Source: Hypanus sabinus (lineage: Eukaryota). Taken from it: 64,000 nt of DNA. A program made the position numbers and the translations under genes. The notes under the pieces are model-generated. The model was given only the letters and a program-made list of their open reading frames with translations, did not search any database and was not told where the DNA came from. Location: assembly GCF_030144855.1 (NCBI RefSeq), contig NC_082731.1:24056001-24120000 (forward strand), in the 5' to 3' direction. Below are positions 1 through 12,810 of this stretch, piece by piece. Numbering within the stretch: position 1 is the first letter of the stretch; each line of letters opens with the position of its first letter.

Positions 1-610
1 CTTGTACATTCGCCCACACCCATCTTTTCCCACCGATCGCCCTCGTGGCACTTATCCTTGTAATGGGGACAAGTGCTGCACCTGCACTTAAATTTCCTCC
101 CTCTCTACTATTCGAAGCCCTATGCAGCCCTTCCAGGTGAGGCGCCACTTCACTGTGAATCTGCTGGTGTGATATTCTGTGCCCGGTGTTCCCGTGTGAC
201 GTTCTATATATTGGTGAGACCTGACGCTGATTGGCAGATCGCTTCACTGAACACCTACGGTCTGTCGGCGAGAGGGCGCAGGATCAGCAATGTCACATCC
301 ATATTCCGATATGTGAATCCATAGCCACTTCTACTGTAAACATGAAGCCATACTCAGTTTGAAGGAACAACACCTTATATTCTGTCTCCAACCTGACGGC
401 ATGGACATAGAATTCTCTAAAGTCCGTTAATGACCCTCTTCCACTTCTTACCCGATTCCGATTCATTAATCAATTAATCAATCAATTAATTAATTATTTT
501 CCCGATTCACCCATTCATATATCCATTCATTAATTTACTTATTCATTCATCTGTTTTTAGTTTGTCTGTTTATCTTATGTATCGTTTTATCTATCTAATT
601 ATAATTTTAG

Positions 611-645
<35 letters not shown>

Positions 646-1025
646 ATTATTTGCTTGCTTGCTTGCTTATCCTCCCCTGTCTCCCCTCTTTCTCTCTCAG
701 AATAACTACTTGACTGTGCTCCATTTTCCTTTGGTGCTCCCATCCGCCTTTTTTTTCTTTCAAGTCGTTCCGTTCCATGATACTCGCACTTCTCCAGCCT
801 TGTACCACTTTTGCCAATCAACTTCTCAGGGCTTGGCTTCATCCCACCCTAGCAAGTCTTATCCTATCATTTCGGGTCTCTCCCTTCCCCTCCCACTTAA
901 AAATCTCTTACGATTTCATTATACCGTTAGTCCTGACGAAGGGTCTCGACCCGAAACGTCGTCTGTAATTCTTCGTATAGATGGGGCCTGGCCTGCAGCG
1001 TTCCATCAGCATTTTGCGTGTGTTT
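1..1025 (+). mobile_element. Penelope-like retroelement, decayed 3' portion (GIY-YIG endonuclease region plus 3' tail)
   Basis: ORF 73-324 'HCESAGVIFCARCSR..YILVRPDADWQIASLNTY' is a decayed GIY-YIG region (xCESAGVIYCIRCSRCGLLYIGETxRRLGDRFxEHL type). The characteristic tail 'gtcctgacgaagggtctcgacccgaaacgtcg...ccagcattttgcgtgtg' is at about 930-1025. Confidence 0.8.
614..643. repeat. (CTAT)n microsatellite
   Basis: Direct tandem repeat of ctat, read from the sequence. Confidence 0.95.
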
Positions 1026-1789
1026 TCCATACATCAGTATTCACCACTGAGGTGAAGTTGAAGATTGCAATTTCAATTTAAAACAGAATGATATGATGGG
1101 ATATGTCGACTTTCTGAAATAGGATCTGCTATAACTCTTCATAGATGCGTCCACTCTTCTGATACAATATGAAACTGCCTTGTAAGGAAGATACGGGAAA
1201 AGCGATAAGCCATTCCGATAAGTCAATGCCACAAATACTGCAGCAGCCTCTCAGATTCCATAGATTTTTTTTCTGCTTCTTACGAATTCAAAACATATTA
1301 TTTTCGAAAAACCTCGAGAACTTCAGGGCTATTTGATCACGGAGCTGCTCGTTGATTTGAGTAGCATCACTTGTGGTGGCAGAGAAGCCGGCCGTGGTGT
1401 CGAAGGTTTTGGCATTTTTTCTGAGAGGAAGCTGGTGGGGATATCGGGGAAGGAGTCAGTTAGCATGTCGTTGTAGGCTGATAGCAAACTGGAGGAACCT
1501 GCTTGGGTTCCGTGGAGATGCCTGCCTGTAAATGGTATTTCTGCATGCTAACCGAGTGCACCAAATCTAGCACACTACGGACAGCTGCAGCATAATCTTG
1601 CGAGATACTCTTGGACATTTCAGTTACAATTGTAGTTATCATTCATTTATAACTCAGTTGGATAGTGAAAACAGCAGTTCACCCAGGCGCGTCAGTCGTG
1701 TCCGATGTGCGCTGAGAATATAGAACCTGTTAAACAAGGTCGTAGCAACGGCGATGTCTCAGGCAAATGTTGTTCCTGCATTCGCGAAT

Positions 1790-1990
1790 AGCATTGCACA
1801 TGGCATGGATGACACCAGGAAATATAAATCAGTAACTCTCACTCCCATAGAGTGGAGCTATTGGATGTGATTTTTCGTGACAGGCTTTATGAGTACGTGA
1901 AGAACATTAGAGATTTCCACCTTATATTCGGGTTTCGAACATCAAGCCCTACTGGCTGATTGAATTCCTTAAGTAAGTGGCAAAGTACAA
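1790..1990 (+). mobile_element. CR1-type LINE reverse-transcriptase fragment
   Basis: 'gatgacaccaggaaatataaatcagtaactctcactccc...gtgacaggctttatgagtac' resembles a decayed PGNYRPVSLTS..GKLLE..RDRIYEY motif. Confidence 0.5.
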
Positions 1991-2001
1991 AGTTCGTAAT
2001 T

Positions 2002-2750
2002 TGTTGAAAACAGAACTATTGATGCCGTGTAATTGTATTTTAGTAAAATTGTGTTGTCCTTAAGGCATTTATTTAACCATACTAAATTTCTGCTTTAAAT
2101 AATTTGATGTAACTATTTTCTAGTTAAAGTTATTGATTGATAACCACGATAGAGTTGAGCGAAAGGTAACATTCATTGTCTATGCTATACGGCGGCACGC
2201 CACGTCCTGTGGGTAACTTCCGGTTGGAAAAGGAGAAAACGTGGGGTTCTGCGCGTGGAGTATGAATGTGAAAATCTCCATGTCTACCCTTAAAGAAACA
2301 TCGCAGAAGCAACGCTGTGAGTTCATATGACACAAAACATTTTGAAGGAAATATATTAACGCGGCTTTTGCTAAAGGAAATGGCAGTTGATAAGCTTAAC
2401 TGAAAGTATTGCAGGCAAAATTCTGTTGCAGTCTTCCTGAATCCGCTGATGGTCAATATACTGCTTAAATGCTTAAAGATATTCTGTTTATATGCGGTAT
2501 CTTTGATGAGACTCCTTTGTAATAAAGTTTGCTATAGTTTTCATTTTACTAGCATTTACGATGCAAACGTTGACTCATGCAGGTTAGGCACACTGTTTCA
2601 CGTTTGTATTATTTTATCAACAGTATTCAGCATAAGATGTTAATGTGGAAGTGTGAACAGTCAATGGTTAACCTTACTACGACTTTGTCTTCATTAGCTT
2701 CGGTTTAACTTGGATTTTAGTCAGAGTTTCGTCACCCTGCACGAGAATAT
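2002..2750 (+). repeat. LTR-like direct repeat, 5' copy
   Basis: Aligns by eye with about 6541-7320 (shared 'attgatgc.gtgtaattgtattttag', 'ccttaaggcatttat', 'tgataaccacg', 'atggttaaccttactac'). Followed by 'gttaaaagacgg' at the start of the internal region. Confidence 0.7.
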
Positions 2751-5700
2751 TAGAGTTAAAAGACGGAATCATTAGATGTTTCGACAACTGGCACGATGGT
2801 TTTGCGATCAAGCACCAAGTTGTTTGCAACCAGCGACAAGAGCAGTTGGTCTTCTGCAAATGTGGCTGCACTCGCAAGAGCTAAAGCAGAAGCCGCCAAG
2901 GTGCGAGCGTCATACGCTAACCAAGAGGACAAACTGAAAATGGAAATGGCTGCTAGAGGTGCGGAGCATATTACAAGAGTCGCACAAATGCAAACTGAAA
3001 TAGCTTCCAGAGAAGCGGAAGAACATTTGGAAACATGCAAGGACAGATGCAGTGTTAGAAGTGCTGATGCTACAACGAAAAGCTGATGCAGCCGATCTAG
3101 ATGAAACAGGAAAATCTATATCAGAATGGGCCAAATTGGAACGCAGCAGTGTATACGTCCAATCTCAAATTTACCTAGAGTTCCATTCTCCCTCTCCAAA
3201 CCAGCCTGTTGGTGTCTCAGCTCATGTAAAATCACAGGGAAGCTTTGCTGCATCGCGCCCAACTGCGGAAGAGAACTCACAATCGCAACCTTGCAACAAA
3301 CTCAGCTATGAATGGGATGACAACAAATACTTCCCTACGAGAACCTACGAGAACGGGCGAGATCCGAGAGAAAGTCTGATGTCAGAATATCAAAACCAAG
3401 CATGAACGTACATGATCAGTCATATGTCATCCAACATTTTACTCCAGCTAGCCCGCCGCGTGTAGCAAAACCATGAGCACAGTATTTAGCGCGACGAGAC
3501 CTCGTCAATTCAGGACTGTACCAGTTTGACGATAAGCCTGACAATTACAGTGCGTGGTACTACTCATTCACCGCTGAAGCCGGCGGAGTTCAGCTTACAA
3601 TAACCCAAGAGATGGACCTTCTGACGAAGTGACTGGGAAAGGAATCAACAGAACGGGTGAAACGCATACTCTCAATGTACGTGAAAAACCCTAAGCTAGT
3701 CTTTCACAAAGCATGGGAGAGACTTCGGGTTGCTAATCTGCTCCGAAATTATTGAGTGGCCGCTATCTCAACGGCAGGACAATTTTCTTAGGATTGCAGC
3801 AACGAGCCACACTATATTAAGAAAACTCTTGAGATTTACTCTTGAAGATCGACGGTGCTAAAGAACACGGCTATTTCACAGGACTGCCTTATCCGGATAT
3901 TTCACGTGGAATTAGACCAATTGTGGACAAACTTCCATTTGGGCTGCAGAAAAGGTGGGTGTCTGTTGCCTCAGGGAAGAAGGAAGAGTACATGTTCCAT
4001 TCCCTCCCTTTGAGTATTTTAGATGGTTTGTATGAAATGGGGCGAAGAAGCGAAACGACAGTAGCTTCATATATCAAGGTAGCACCACAGCTCACACGAA
4101 ACCAGTCAAATCTATTTTGAACAGTTTTGACATCAATTAACCCGTCTCAGTGTGCAAAATCTAAGTTTCCACAACCAACGATGACCCTAGCAAGAACTGT
4201 CCATTGAACAACAAACCACACCTCTTCAAAATACAAAATGTTTAGCACCGAACCCTTTGACGAAAGAAAGGCCCTTCTCAGTTAAACATGAATATCTTTT
4301 ATGTGCTGTTCATCGACTGCCCACATCGATAAAGAGCGTTCGTTCCCTGTAAACCGTAGACCGTAGACCTTTCTCTGGCATCGCAGAAACATATATCAGG
4401 AAGGCAGAAGGCTTCCTGCTCGGGTCGAGCGATGGCAGAATTATCATCTATCACCCTCCAATCTTACAGTGCAACGAGATATTGAATAACCGATCGAGAT
4501 TCCATCGCGAAGCGCAGTTCTACATCAGCCCCATCTCCACCACATTGCAAGCGTTTTCGAGAACTGGATCGAGAAGCAGAAATGTTCCTGCAAATCGGAA
4601 GAGACGTTCTTAGGGTGCACAATTTTAGGCAGCAGATCAATGGAACACACAACACCCGCTTCGCCCAAGGTCTGGATCTGGGTTGGGTGTTGATGGGGAC
4701 GTGTGCCTTGGCAACGTACACAATCCGACAGTTCATACGATCAGCACTGACGTGCTAGACAGTGGCCGCCATTCAATATTTCAGTCCAGCACTACCGTGA
4801 TGTGTATGAAGGATGCACAACAAAAACACAACCATAGTAATGTCACTGAGAAATCACTGAGTCAGTCAATCTTCGCTCAAACTGAGCACGACAATAAACG
4901 TGTTCCATCATGGAAGATGCCATCTTCTAAAAAATAATGGACACAAAGGTCTTTAAAGACGAAACATATAACTGGATCGCCCCACTACCGTTCAGAGAAT
5001 CCAGCCAGCCCTTGCTGAACAACAACGAGCAGGCGTCATTGGAGGCCTTCCCACCCGCTGAATGTGCTACAGCGATCAGAGACCTAGATCTAGGTGGAGA
5101 AACAACACCCACACAGAAGAGTTTCGGTCACTGTTGTGAGATCACGACCAACACATTCACCCTCTTCGTGCCGACGAAAATACAAACCAGTCCTCCGTCT
5201 TGGATTTCTTCTCCACTGTCAACAGTGTTTTCGATTCCCTCTGTCTAATAACGCCGGTAACTGTCCAGGGAAGAGCCCAACTCCGAGATCTCCGAATGGG
5301 ATGCTCCGCTACCAGAAGACAAGCTAATCAGATAGGAAGCTTGGAGAGATTCTGTTCGAGACCTAAGACAGCATCATGGCCCACATGGTGTTCCCCGCAC
5401 TCAGAAACCAGCCACAGGAAAATAACGCAAACACGATGAAACATAGATTGGTCACGACAAGGAAGAACCAGCACAATACTTTGAGAACCTGTTCTCCAGT
5501 TAAAAATAAATTGGAGAAATGGCCCATACTTTACTGATTGGAAAAGAAGACACACGGACACGCTCACTGGCAGTTCCTTTGCACTGTGATGATGATGCTA
5601 TCAGTGTCAGTGGCCAAAATCAATTGCGCCAGCAGATTACTACGCAATGCAAGCATGGAAGTGCCCTTTATGTTGGAAGTGGTCCCATCCACACGGATCT

Positions 5701-6540
5701 TGAAGTGCAGCATGGATACAATGAACTGTGAACAATGCGCATCAATGCCGAAAGATCGTCTTCAGCACACGCTTGTATCTGCCAAAGTGTAGATGCCATT
5801 TATTCACTGGGTGGGAAACACGTCGGGATACACCTTCCTCTGTTGTCATTATTTTGTGGTCTGTGATAATGTATGGGTAGAAACTAATCAGCTGCAACGC
5901 GCAATGTCTTTTGCTGCTGGTGTTAACCTTAATGGAACTATCTATCTACTGGCGCGGAAAAGAATGAACTGGATATTTTTTTTTACCAAACTGTCAAGGT
6001 CCGGACAGAGAAGTCCGCTTTTCGGTTACCTGTCCGGTCCAACGATCCTTATTCCGTGATTTCCTGTTTCTCTGATTCAATTGGGTGCCTTAATTGAGCA
6101 CTCTGATTCTCTTTTTGTGCTAGCTCCATAAATAGCGTCGGGATACCGCTTCAGCTGATTGACTATTACCTTCTTTCCCCTTTCCTTCTGAAGACTTGCC
6201 TGCAACCTACGTCTGAAGGCGCGCCTGCCCAGGAGTGCATCGCTCAGCCCAGGAGATCTTCACCCAGTCCAGGTGTACCTCGCCCAGTCCGCTGTTGAAG
6301 ATTCCTCGTCCTGTGCTGGTTCGCCCCATCCGAATACTCGGCAGTTTACCAGGGCAAATATCCTAGACAGCATCCCGCCCTGCGGTTCAAGAATAGGTCT
6401 CTGCCCTGCGAAAGAGTTCCCGCCTTGCATCTTATTTATGGTTGCGGTCCTGCGCTCCTAGTAGGAGTCCCAGCTCCATATCCAAGAGCCTGTCGAAGCC
6501 GACTCCAAGATCTGAGCTAGATCTGACTCAAGCGTTTTAA

Positions 6541-7320
6541 TGTTATTAATTGAAGAGAGAACAATTGATGCAGTGTAATTGTATTTTAGAACGGTTGGGT
6601 TGCCCTTAAGGCATTTATCTAACTTTAATAAATTTCCGCTTTAAATAATTTTGTTGTAACTATTTACAGTTTAAAATTGAATGTTGATAACCACGTTACA
6701 GTCTTACAAATGGAACAAAATATTTTTTTTATTGTACATTGCACCCCAGGTGATGAAGTCACTTCCGGTTTCACAGCGTTCTGAGGGTGACTTCCGTTCG
6801 GCGAAGAAGAGGAAGGCTCCTGCGCGTGCAGCATGAACGTGGGAAACACGATGTCTACCCACCGATAAAAAACTACAGAAGCAACGTCGATAGTTCATAT
6901 GAAAGTAGTCATATTGAAGCAAATATATTAACGCTTCTTCTATTAATGGAAAGGCGGTTGATGAGGTTTATTTTCTTGGGCCATTGAAAGCATTGCTGTA
7001 AAGAAATGTGTGTCAGTCTACCAAAAAACGTTGATGGTCAATACATTGCTTAAATGATTCTGCTTATATGTTGTAGCGTTGATGAGATTCCTTTTTAATA
7101 CATTTTGTTATGTTTTTTTACAAGTATTTACGATGCAAATGCAATGTCCAGAATGAAACAGACCACTGTATATGTTTGTTTTATTTTACCAACAGTTTTC
7201 ACCATACGATGATAATGTGGACGATTGAGCAGAAAATGGTTAACCTTACTACCACTCTGACTTCATTTGCTCCTTTTTAACGGTGTTTAATCAGAATTTC
7301 AGAACACAACACGAGAACAG
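6541..7320 (+). repeat. LTR-like direct repeat, 3' copy
   Basis: Diverged copy of 2002-2750. It ends about 120 bp from the RSS nonamer of the V gene at 7443. Confidence 0.7.
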
Positions 7321-7442
7321 TACCGAGATATTTATTAAAAATCCTCATGAACGCTGATTTGCTGAGAATTGCCGTCAGCCTTTTAGCTTGTTCTGATTGC
7401 CGCACTGCTGAAGACGCCATCTGAAGAGCTACAGTGGGAGTT

Positions 7443-7481
7443 TTTTTTTTTATCGATCGACACCCTGTCTGTTGCACTGTG
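7443..7481 (-). other. 23-spacer recombination signal sequence of the conventional V
   Basis: Minus strand CACAGTG (7481-7475) + 23 nt (caacagacagggtgtcgatcgat) + AAAAAAAAA. The nonamer is part of an A11 run followed by CT. Confidence 0.8.
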
Positions 7482-7910
7482 GTTGTCATTGCGCATAGAT
7501 ACAAGACAGAGTCAGAGACAAGGATACCGGCGATGTTTAAACGTAACGTCTTATTTGTTCTCTGATAAACTGCCGAAAAGCGCTTTGAAGCTTCTGCTGA
7601 CCATTCTATGGAGCCGCTGCCGTACCTCCTCAGACCATATCTCGGCACTTCTCCGGTAGATTGCTTATACCAGAAAGCATTGTTACCATCATAAGCTTCA
7701 GGGTAAGTGCAAGAGAGTGTTAAATTTCGTCCTTCTTCAACAAATAACTCACGCGAATACTGCGACATTACATCAACGCCAAAGGCTCCTGCAGCACATC
7801 AGAAAGACAATTATTAATCTTCTAGTGAACCAATCCCAAAACCAGCATTGAAACAGAGGCTCACCGGGAACAGCCAGGATAATTATTAGCAACGACAAAA
7901 GACACAACAT
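7482..7910 (-). CDS. T-cell receptor alpha/delta V gene segment (leader exon 7910-7865, intron 7864-7789, V exon 7788-7482), open reading frame
   Basis: Leader MLCLLSLLIIILAVP-G with GTGAG donor; phase-1 splice at ctgcag into GAFGVDVMSQYSRELFVEEGRNLTLSCTYPEAYDGNNAFWYKQSTGEVPRYGLRRYGSGSIEWSAEASKRFSAVYQRTNKTLRLNIAGILVSDSVLYLCAMTT. Canonical Cys, Trp and D-x-x-x-Y-x-C are present, followed by an RSS. Alpha versus delta cannot be decided from sequence alone. Confidence 0.92.
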
Positions 7911-8060
7911 TGTTATAGAATTAGTAGCAGAGCGTAAAGTGGAAAAATGCATCATGCTGCCGCGTCCAATGCACAGACCATGTTCGTGCATCAGAAGAAT
8001 GATATATTGTTCAAGAAAGAAATAGGCGTTTCCGTTGTGTATGATTGGCTGGTATCACGG

Positions 8061-8217
8061 NNNNNNNNNNNNNNNNNNNNNNNNNNNNNNNNNNNNNNNN
8101 NNNNNNNNNNNNNNNNNNNNNNNNNNNNNNNNNNNNNNNNNNNNNNNNNNNNNNNNNNNNNNNNNNNNNNNNNNNNNNNNNNNNNNNNNNNNNNNNNNNN
8201 NNNNNNNNNNNNNNNNN
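8061..8217. other. Assembly gap (N run)
   Basis: Run of n. Confidence 1.
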
Positions 8218-10379
8218 CCATCTCTCCGACCAGCCCCATTTCTGCCTCAGTCTTCCTTCATTGTTTTTTTCCTTATAACTCTGATTTGCTTGGTCTTTAT
8301 TATTATTCCTGTGGTGTATGCTGAGTCAGGGAGGGGTAACACCTCTGTTGTGGAACATGTCGTGTCATTTGCAGGCGGATTGCAAACTTTGATCCCCAAC
8401 TGTCACTCAGCTGTCATCTGTTGTTCCCGTTGCTGTTTGCATGTGATAGTGGCCACACCCAGGTAAATGGTTTTTACAAGTTGGCAGATGAGGGTAGCCG
8501 ACGGGCCTCAAAACCTCGTTGAGATAGTGAGTTGTCTATCCCAGCATGTGAAGGCTTACTGCGGTGGAATGAGCGGACGAGACCAAAGGAATGTCCAACG
8601 GTCAACCAGGCGGTCTCTGCAAGTGCAGTGGAACGTGTAGAGTGGTACAAAGAACAACATGGGTCCTGCTCAACCAATGCGCCGAGTCTCATCTCCAGTT
8701 ATCTCGCCCCCTGTCTAGCCACTGGATCGAGATTGAAATTGGGTTGCGAGAGTGAGGCTGACGCTGCGCAACACTACCTCACGTAAATGCAAATCATGCG
8801 CTTGTCTCGACATTGTCATCATCATAACGATGTCGACGTCTTCATCGACGACGACGATGAACGAACAAAATTAATATTTCTATCAACACCCGAAAGTTCT
8901 GAAGCAACACCGAATTAAACAGCCAGTATAAAGAAAAATATACATACGAATTTTCGGACCGAGTCTTTTCATCCTGACAGAATGAAATGGATCAAATGCT
9001 GGTATCCGTGTAGATGAGGATCTGTCTCAGTGATAATAGGATTCATGTGAGACGAGAAGGCAGCAGTACCCTGGAATCTAATCTTGGAGAAGACTGCGAA
9101 TATCTGAGTGTGGACGGAGAGGAAGTAAAACAAGCAATCAAATAGGAAAATATAGGTTTCAAGCAATATTATGAATGAACAGCGAAAGGAGAGAACTGCG
9201 GTTGGGAACATTGATCAGGCTGTAGAGTGGGAACTGCAACACGGAGAAGTAAACAGACCATAACAAAAGGGTGGTGAAAAAGGAAAACCAGAGCGGTGTG
9301 CTTACCAGAAGCTAAAAAAGAAATGTAAACAGGAAAAAAAAAACAATTATTAATTCCGTGTACTTCCAGTTTTCTGATCAGAATATTGAGTGTTCTTCCC
9401 AAAATATACAACTGGTTTTCACGTGGAAGCGAAAGAGGCCGCGGATGGAAACAGCGTTATATGGGTCGGAAATACATTTGATCCGGTTCTGTACCAGAAG
9501 ACACCGGTTGCCGCACGTGGTGCAAAGGGCTTGAGGAAGCGAAGGCCAATCTCAGGTCATATTTTAGTGACGCTGATACGCTTCATAAAACTGTGGAAAA
9601 CCTATTACTATGAATGATACCGATGAAATGTCACGTGAATATTTGCCTTATCCTGTTAGACTGGCAGTTTTACTGAATGTTGGCAATGGATGATAATTAA
9701 TGTCCGGTGGAAAATGTAGCCTGGTTGCAGTGATTAATGGCTAGTGGTTGATGGGGGAGGAGAAAATCTGCCGGCTGGAGAGCTTCAGGCGAGTGAACCT
9801 TTTGGAAAACTGTTAGAATAAAGGATTGAACGAATACCTGCTGATTTTTTGTTTTCAATCTAACGTCTGACAGTGAACAGTTGTTTCCCGAAGTTTTTAA
9901 TTTTATTGTATATTCGACTATTCTATCATTGCATCTGATAAAATATTATTCAACAGTTTGATGATCCATATTATATCCTAACATCTGATATTGTACATTA
10001 TCCCACACCCCCCAAGATGGTATTCACTCACCTGGATTCACCCAATAAAATGCATTTCTTTCAAACCAGTCCATATTCGTCTGGTTTCTTTACCCTTCCG
10101 TTCATGTGCTGATGTACTTTCACGGGACCGTTCTCCTAAACGTTTTGGTTATCCCCTTCCAGATCCTCCAACATTTTAAGTGTTGATTTATCCTAAAATG
10201 TTGAGTTTCGTATCTTACTTGCTGATTTAATGCACTATTTTCTATTTTCTATTTTCATTTGAATCAGACAGGACTTATTCTATTCACCTTACAGAGATAA
10301 CGAAAACTAATACCCTTTTAAAATTAGACAATTCTGAGAGTATAAAAAAAAACCTGTGAAGATGCATTTACATCCACAC

Positions 10380-12451
10380 AAATGGGGTACGTGACAAAAT
10401 TGAGGCCGGCATTCGGGATTTGAACAAACTGCGTGGGGTTTGTTTGAATTGATTGGGGAAAATCCCTTATTTGATATGGTTGTGTGGAAAAAAAGGCAAC
10501 AGATATGGATGTTGAGGGTTTTCTGGAAAGCCCAGATCCTGCGGGCTTAAAGAAAACTACAAAGGATGACTTGAGGAAGTTGTAAAATCATTGAAACTTA
10601 GGCAGTCACTGAACTGTATGATAAAGTGGAACTCCGAGTAATAATAGTAGAGCAATACGTTTTTATGAAACACTTTGGTGAGGAGGAGTTAGAAACGTTT
10701 CCTCTAGAGATCCATTTGCGACTGGAACAGAAGGAGCTACAGAGACTTAAATAAGTGGAGAAGAGGAAGAAAAACAGAGATAAGAAGCAGAAAAAAAAAC
10801 ACGGATACAGTTCGAGAGCGAAGTGTGGCAGCGACATGATCAAGTGGCCGGTAGGTGTAAGGAGCTGTTTGTAATTGAAGAATTTCAGAAGTGTTTTTCC
10901 GATTATGTAAGGACATTCCGAGATGAAACGGACGCCGCTACTTTGCGGAAGTCTGCTCGGTCGGCCGCCGAGATAGTTTTAACCCACAAGGTTGAGTTCC
11001 TTCGAATGAGAGTATCCGAGAGAGCAGCTGAGTCGAACCGGGAAAACGGGAATTTGAAGGTGGGACTGATATTGAAAGCCTTGAAGAGGCAGCTGTCCCG
11101 TTTGACTATGTTCAGGTTGTTGAAGTGCCTGTGTATTCACAGGGTACTGAACCTTGTGGTGGAACTCAGTTAAGGTCTGAGGTGCCTGACTTGGTGGAAA
11201 AGGAATGCCGTCCTTTTGTGTCAGATGGGCTTGAATCCGTGAGTAAGAGGTTAACCTTGGTCCAGTGGAAAATGGGTACTGTCATTCACTTGTGTTAGTA
11301 CCTGTTCTAAATGTTAGTGATGAGTTGAAAACTGGTGATGTGAATCTTATTGAAGATATTGGGAAAACTAGTGTATCTGGAAATTTGAATAAAGTACTTG
11401 AATAAACAGCTCTCTCAGATGTTGAGACAGTACATGCTGATTGATGAATTATATTTTGGATTTTAAAGATAAGCAACTTGGTGATGTTGTTCAAGTTTGT
11501 GATTTGGAGGGAGTATCTCTAGGTGCAATTATGGAAACATTTGGAAATAAATATCTTGGAAATAAAATAAAAGACATGATTGAAATTTAAATAAAGAGTT
11601 TGCACCTGGGGAGCGTAAAGTTAAGTTCGACATTGAAAGCCTTTTTCTATCCGATTACGTGATGGTTAAATGTTCTATTTCGAATTGGAAAAGGTTCAAT
11701 GTTTGACCAAACGCCACTTTGAATTACAGGATCTGGTTTTGCAGGAATTTGACTTTTTTTTTTGTAAACAGTATGCGATAGATAAATACGATATCATGGT
11801 ATACGCTTCTGTAACGTGCAACATCAAAATCGGGTAGGTTCTGTTTTATATTCTGTAATGTACAAATAAAAACTGCTCTTAAGTCAAAGGTTTGTTTTCT
11901 TGGAGGGAGGTTTTATGTACCACTAGAGTTCATATTTTGTGTAGACTATCACTTTAAATGTCCGGAGAAGGAGACTGGCTTTTGGACACTGTTTCAGTTG
12001 TCATTAAGTGAGAGGGGTGCGAAAATGTCCGGAAGATTCATGTTATGTTTTATCGGCAGTTAGTTTATATTTCTCCAATGACAATGCCTGCTTGTAGAAC
12101 TCTTACAGAGAGAGCGGGACGGAGCAGGTTGATGGACACCTGGTGTCCAACATGTGGGGATAAATACTAGAACCGCTGATACACAGACAGACATAAGGTT
12201 TTGGACACAGAACGATTATTGTTGTATTCATAGGACAGTGTTTATTTTTCGTAGGATCAATTCGGGGAAATCGATCAGACGCTATCGCAGTGGAAATGGT
12301 CTGAATGGAGGGAATTTATTTGTGTGTCCAACCTTGCCTGCTTGCCTGGGTGATAATTCCATTACTGATGAACGGTCGAATGTGTTATGGTCGCAGTTGA
12401 TGACTTCGACAGGATGTTGGAAGGGAACGGGAGGAGAGACGGCATCACCTT

Positions 12452-12543
<92 letters not shown>

Positions 12544-12810
12544 ATGCTACTCATCCAACTACGACGAACTGAACTGGCCTGCTGAGTTCTGCCAGTATAT
12601 TGTGTTTTTTTATGAGCTCAATTAATCATCGTAGGACTATATCCATTCACCACTAGGTCTGAAAGTACCCCAGCTGACCTGCGTAATATATCAGCATTTA
12701 TAGTACCGTATTGCATAGTTACTAATAAACACTGTTAGTTATTAGTAATACCTGACTTCAATGTGTTTTCATTTCTGCTGCTTCTTTAACCCGTCAAAGG
12801 ATAAGTGACC
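10380..12810 (+). mobile_element. Gypsy-type LTR retrotransposon remnant (PBS, decayed gag/protease, 3' LTR about 11910-12810)
   Basis: LTR end 'ggggtacgtgaca' followed by PBS-like 'aaattgaggccggcattcggga'. Gag start MDVEGFLESPDPAGLKKTTKDDLRKL at 10505 and a protease-like stretch at about 11210-11330. Purine tract 'ggagggagg' at about 11900, then an LTR ending 'ctttaacccgtcaaaggataagtgac'. Confidence 0.65.
12455..12540. repeat. (CT)n microsatellite inside the Gypsy LTR
   Basis: Direct read. Confidence 0.95.

Larger units (their letters stand above)
2002..7320 (+). mobile_element. BEL/Pao LTR retrotransposon, decayed and internally deleted
   Basis: Gag-like 'ARAKAEAAKVRASYANQE' (2796-3086) and 'FDDKPDNYSAWYSSF'-like sequence at about 3520. 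'KIDGAKEHGYFTGLPYPDISRGIRPIVDKLPFGLQKRW' (3842-4120) and Pao pol 'WIAPLPFRESSQPLLNNNEQA' (about 4970). Flanked by diverged direct repeats at about 2002-2750 and 6541-7320. No integrase is recognisable. Confidence 0.75.

Noticed and set aside
1460-1620. Minus-strand 'CRNTIYRQ' resembling 'CRKTLHWYRQ' of the supporting V
   Set aside because: Similarity does not extend into FR3 and there is no RSS; probably chance or old repeat sequence.
8532-8786. ORF with 'VEWYKEQHG' and 'ESEADAAQHY', superficially like an Ig domain
   Set aside because: Spacing is wrong for a V, the second Cys is missing, and there is no RSS or credible splice acceptor.
9306-9590. 285-nt AG...GT bounded stretch containing 'GVFWYRTGSNVFPTHI' on the minus strand
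   Set aside because: Stops in frame, wrong splice phase, no canonical cysteines, and the 3' part looks like an intronic pyrimidine tract.
12154-12585. Long ORFs with SLSLSL/ERERER runs (also near 17803-17988) and ORFs spanning N runs
   Set aside because: Artefacts of (CT)n microsatellites and assembly gaps.
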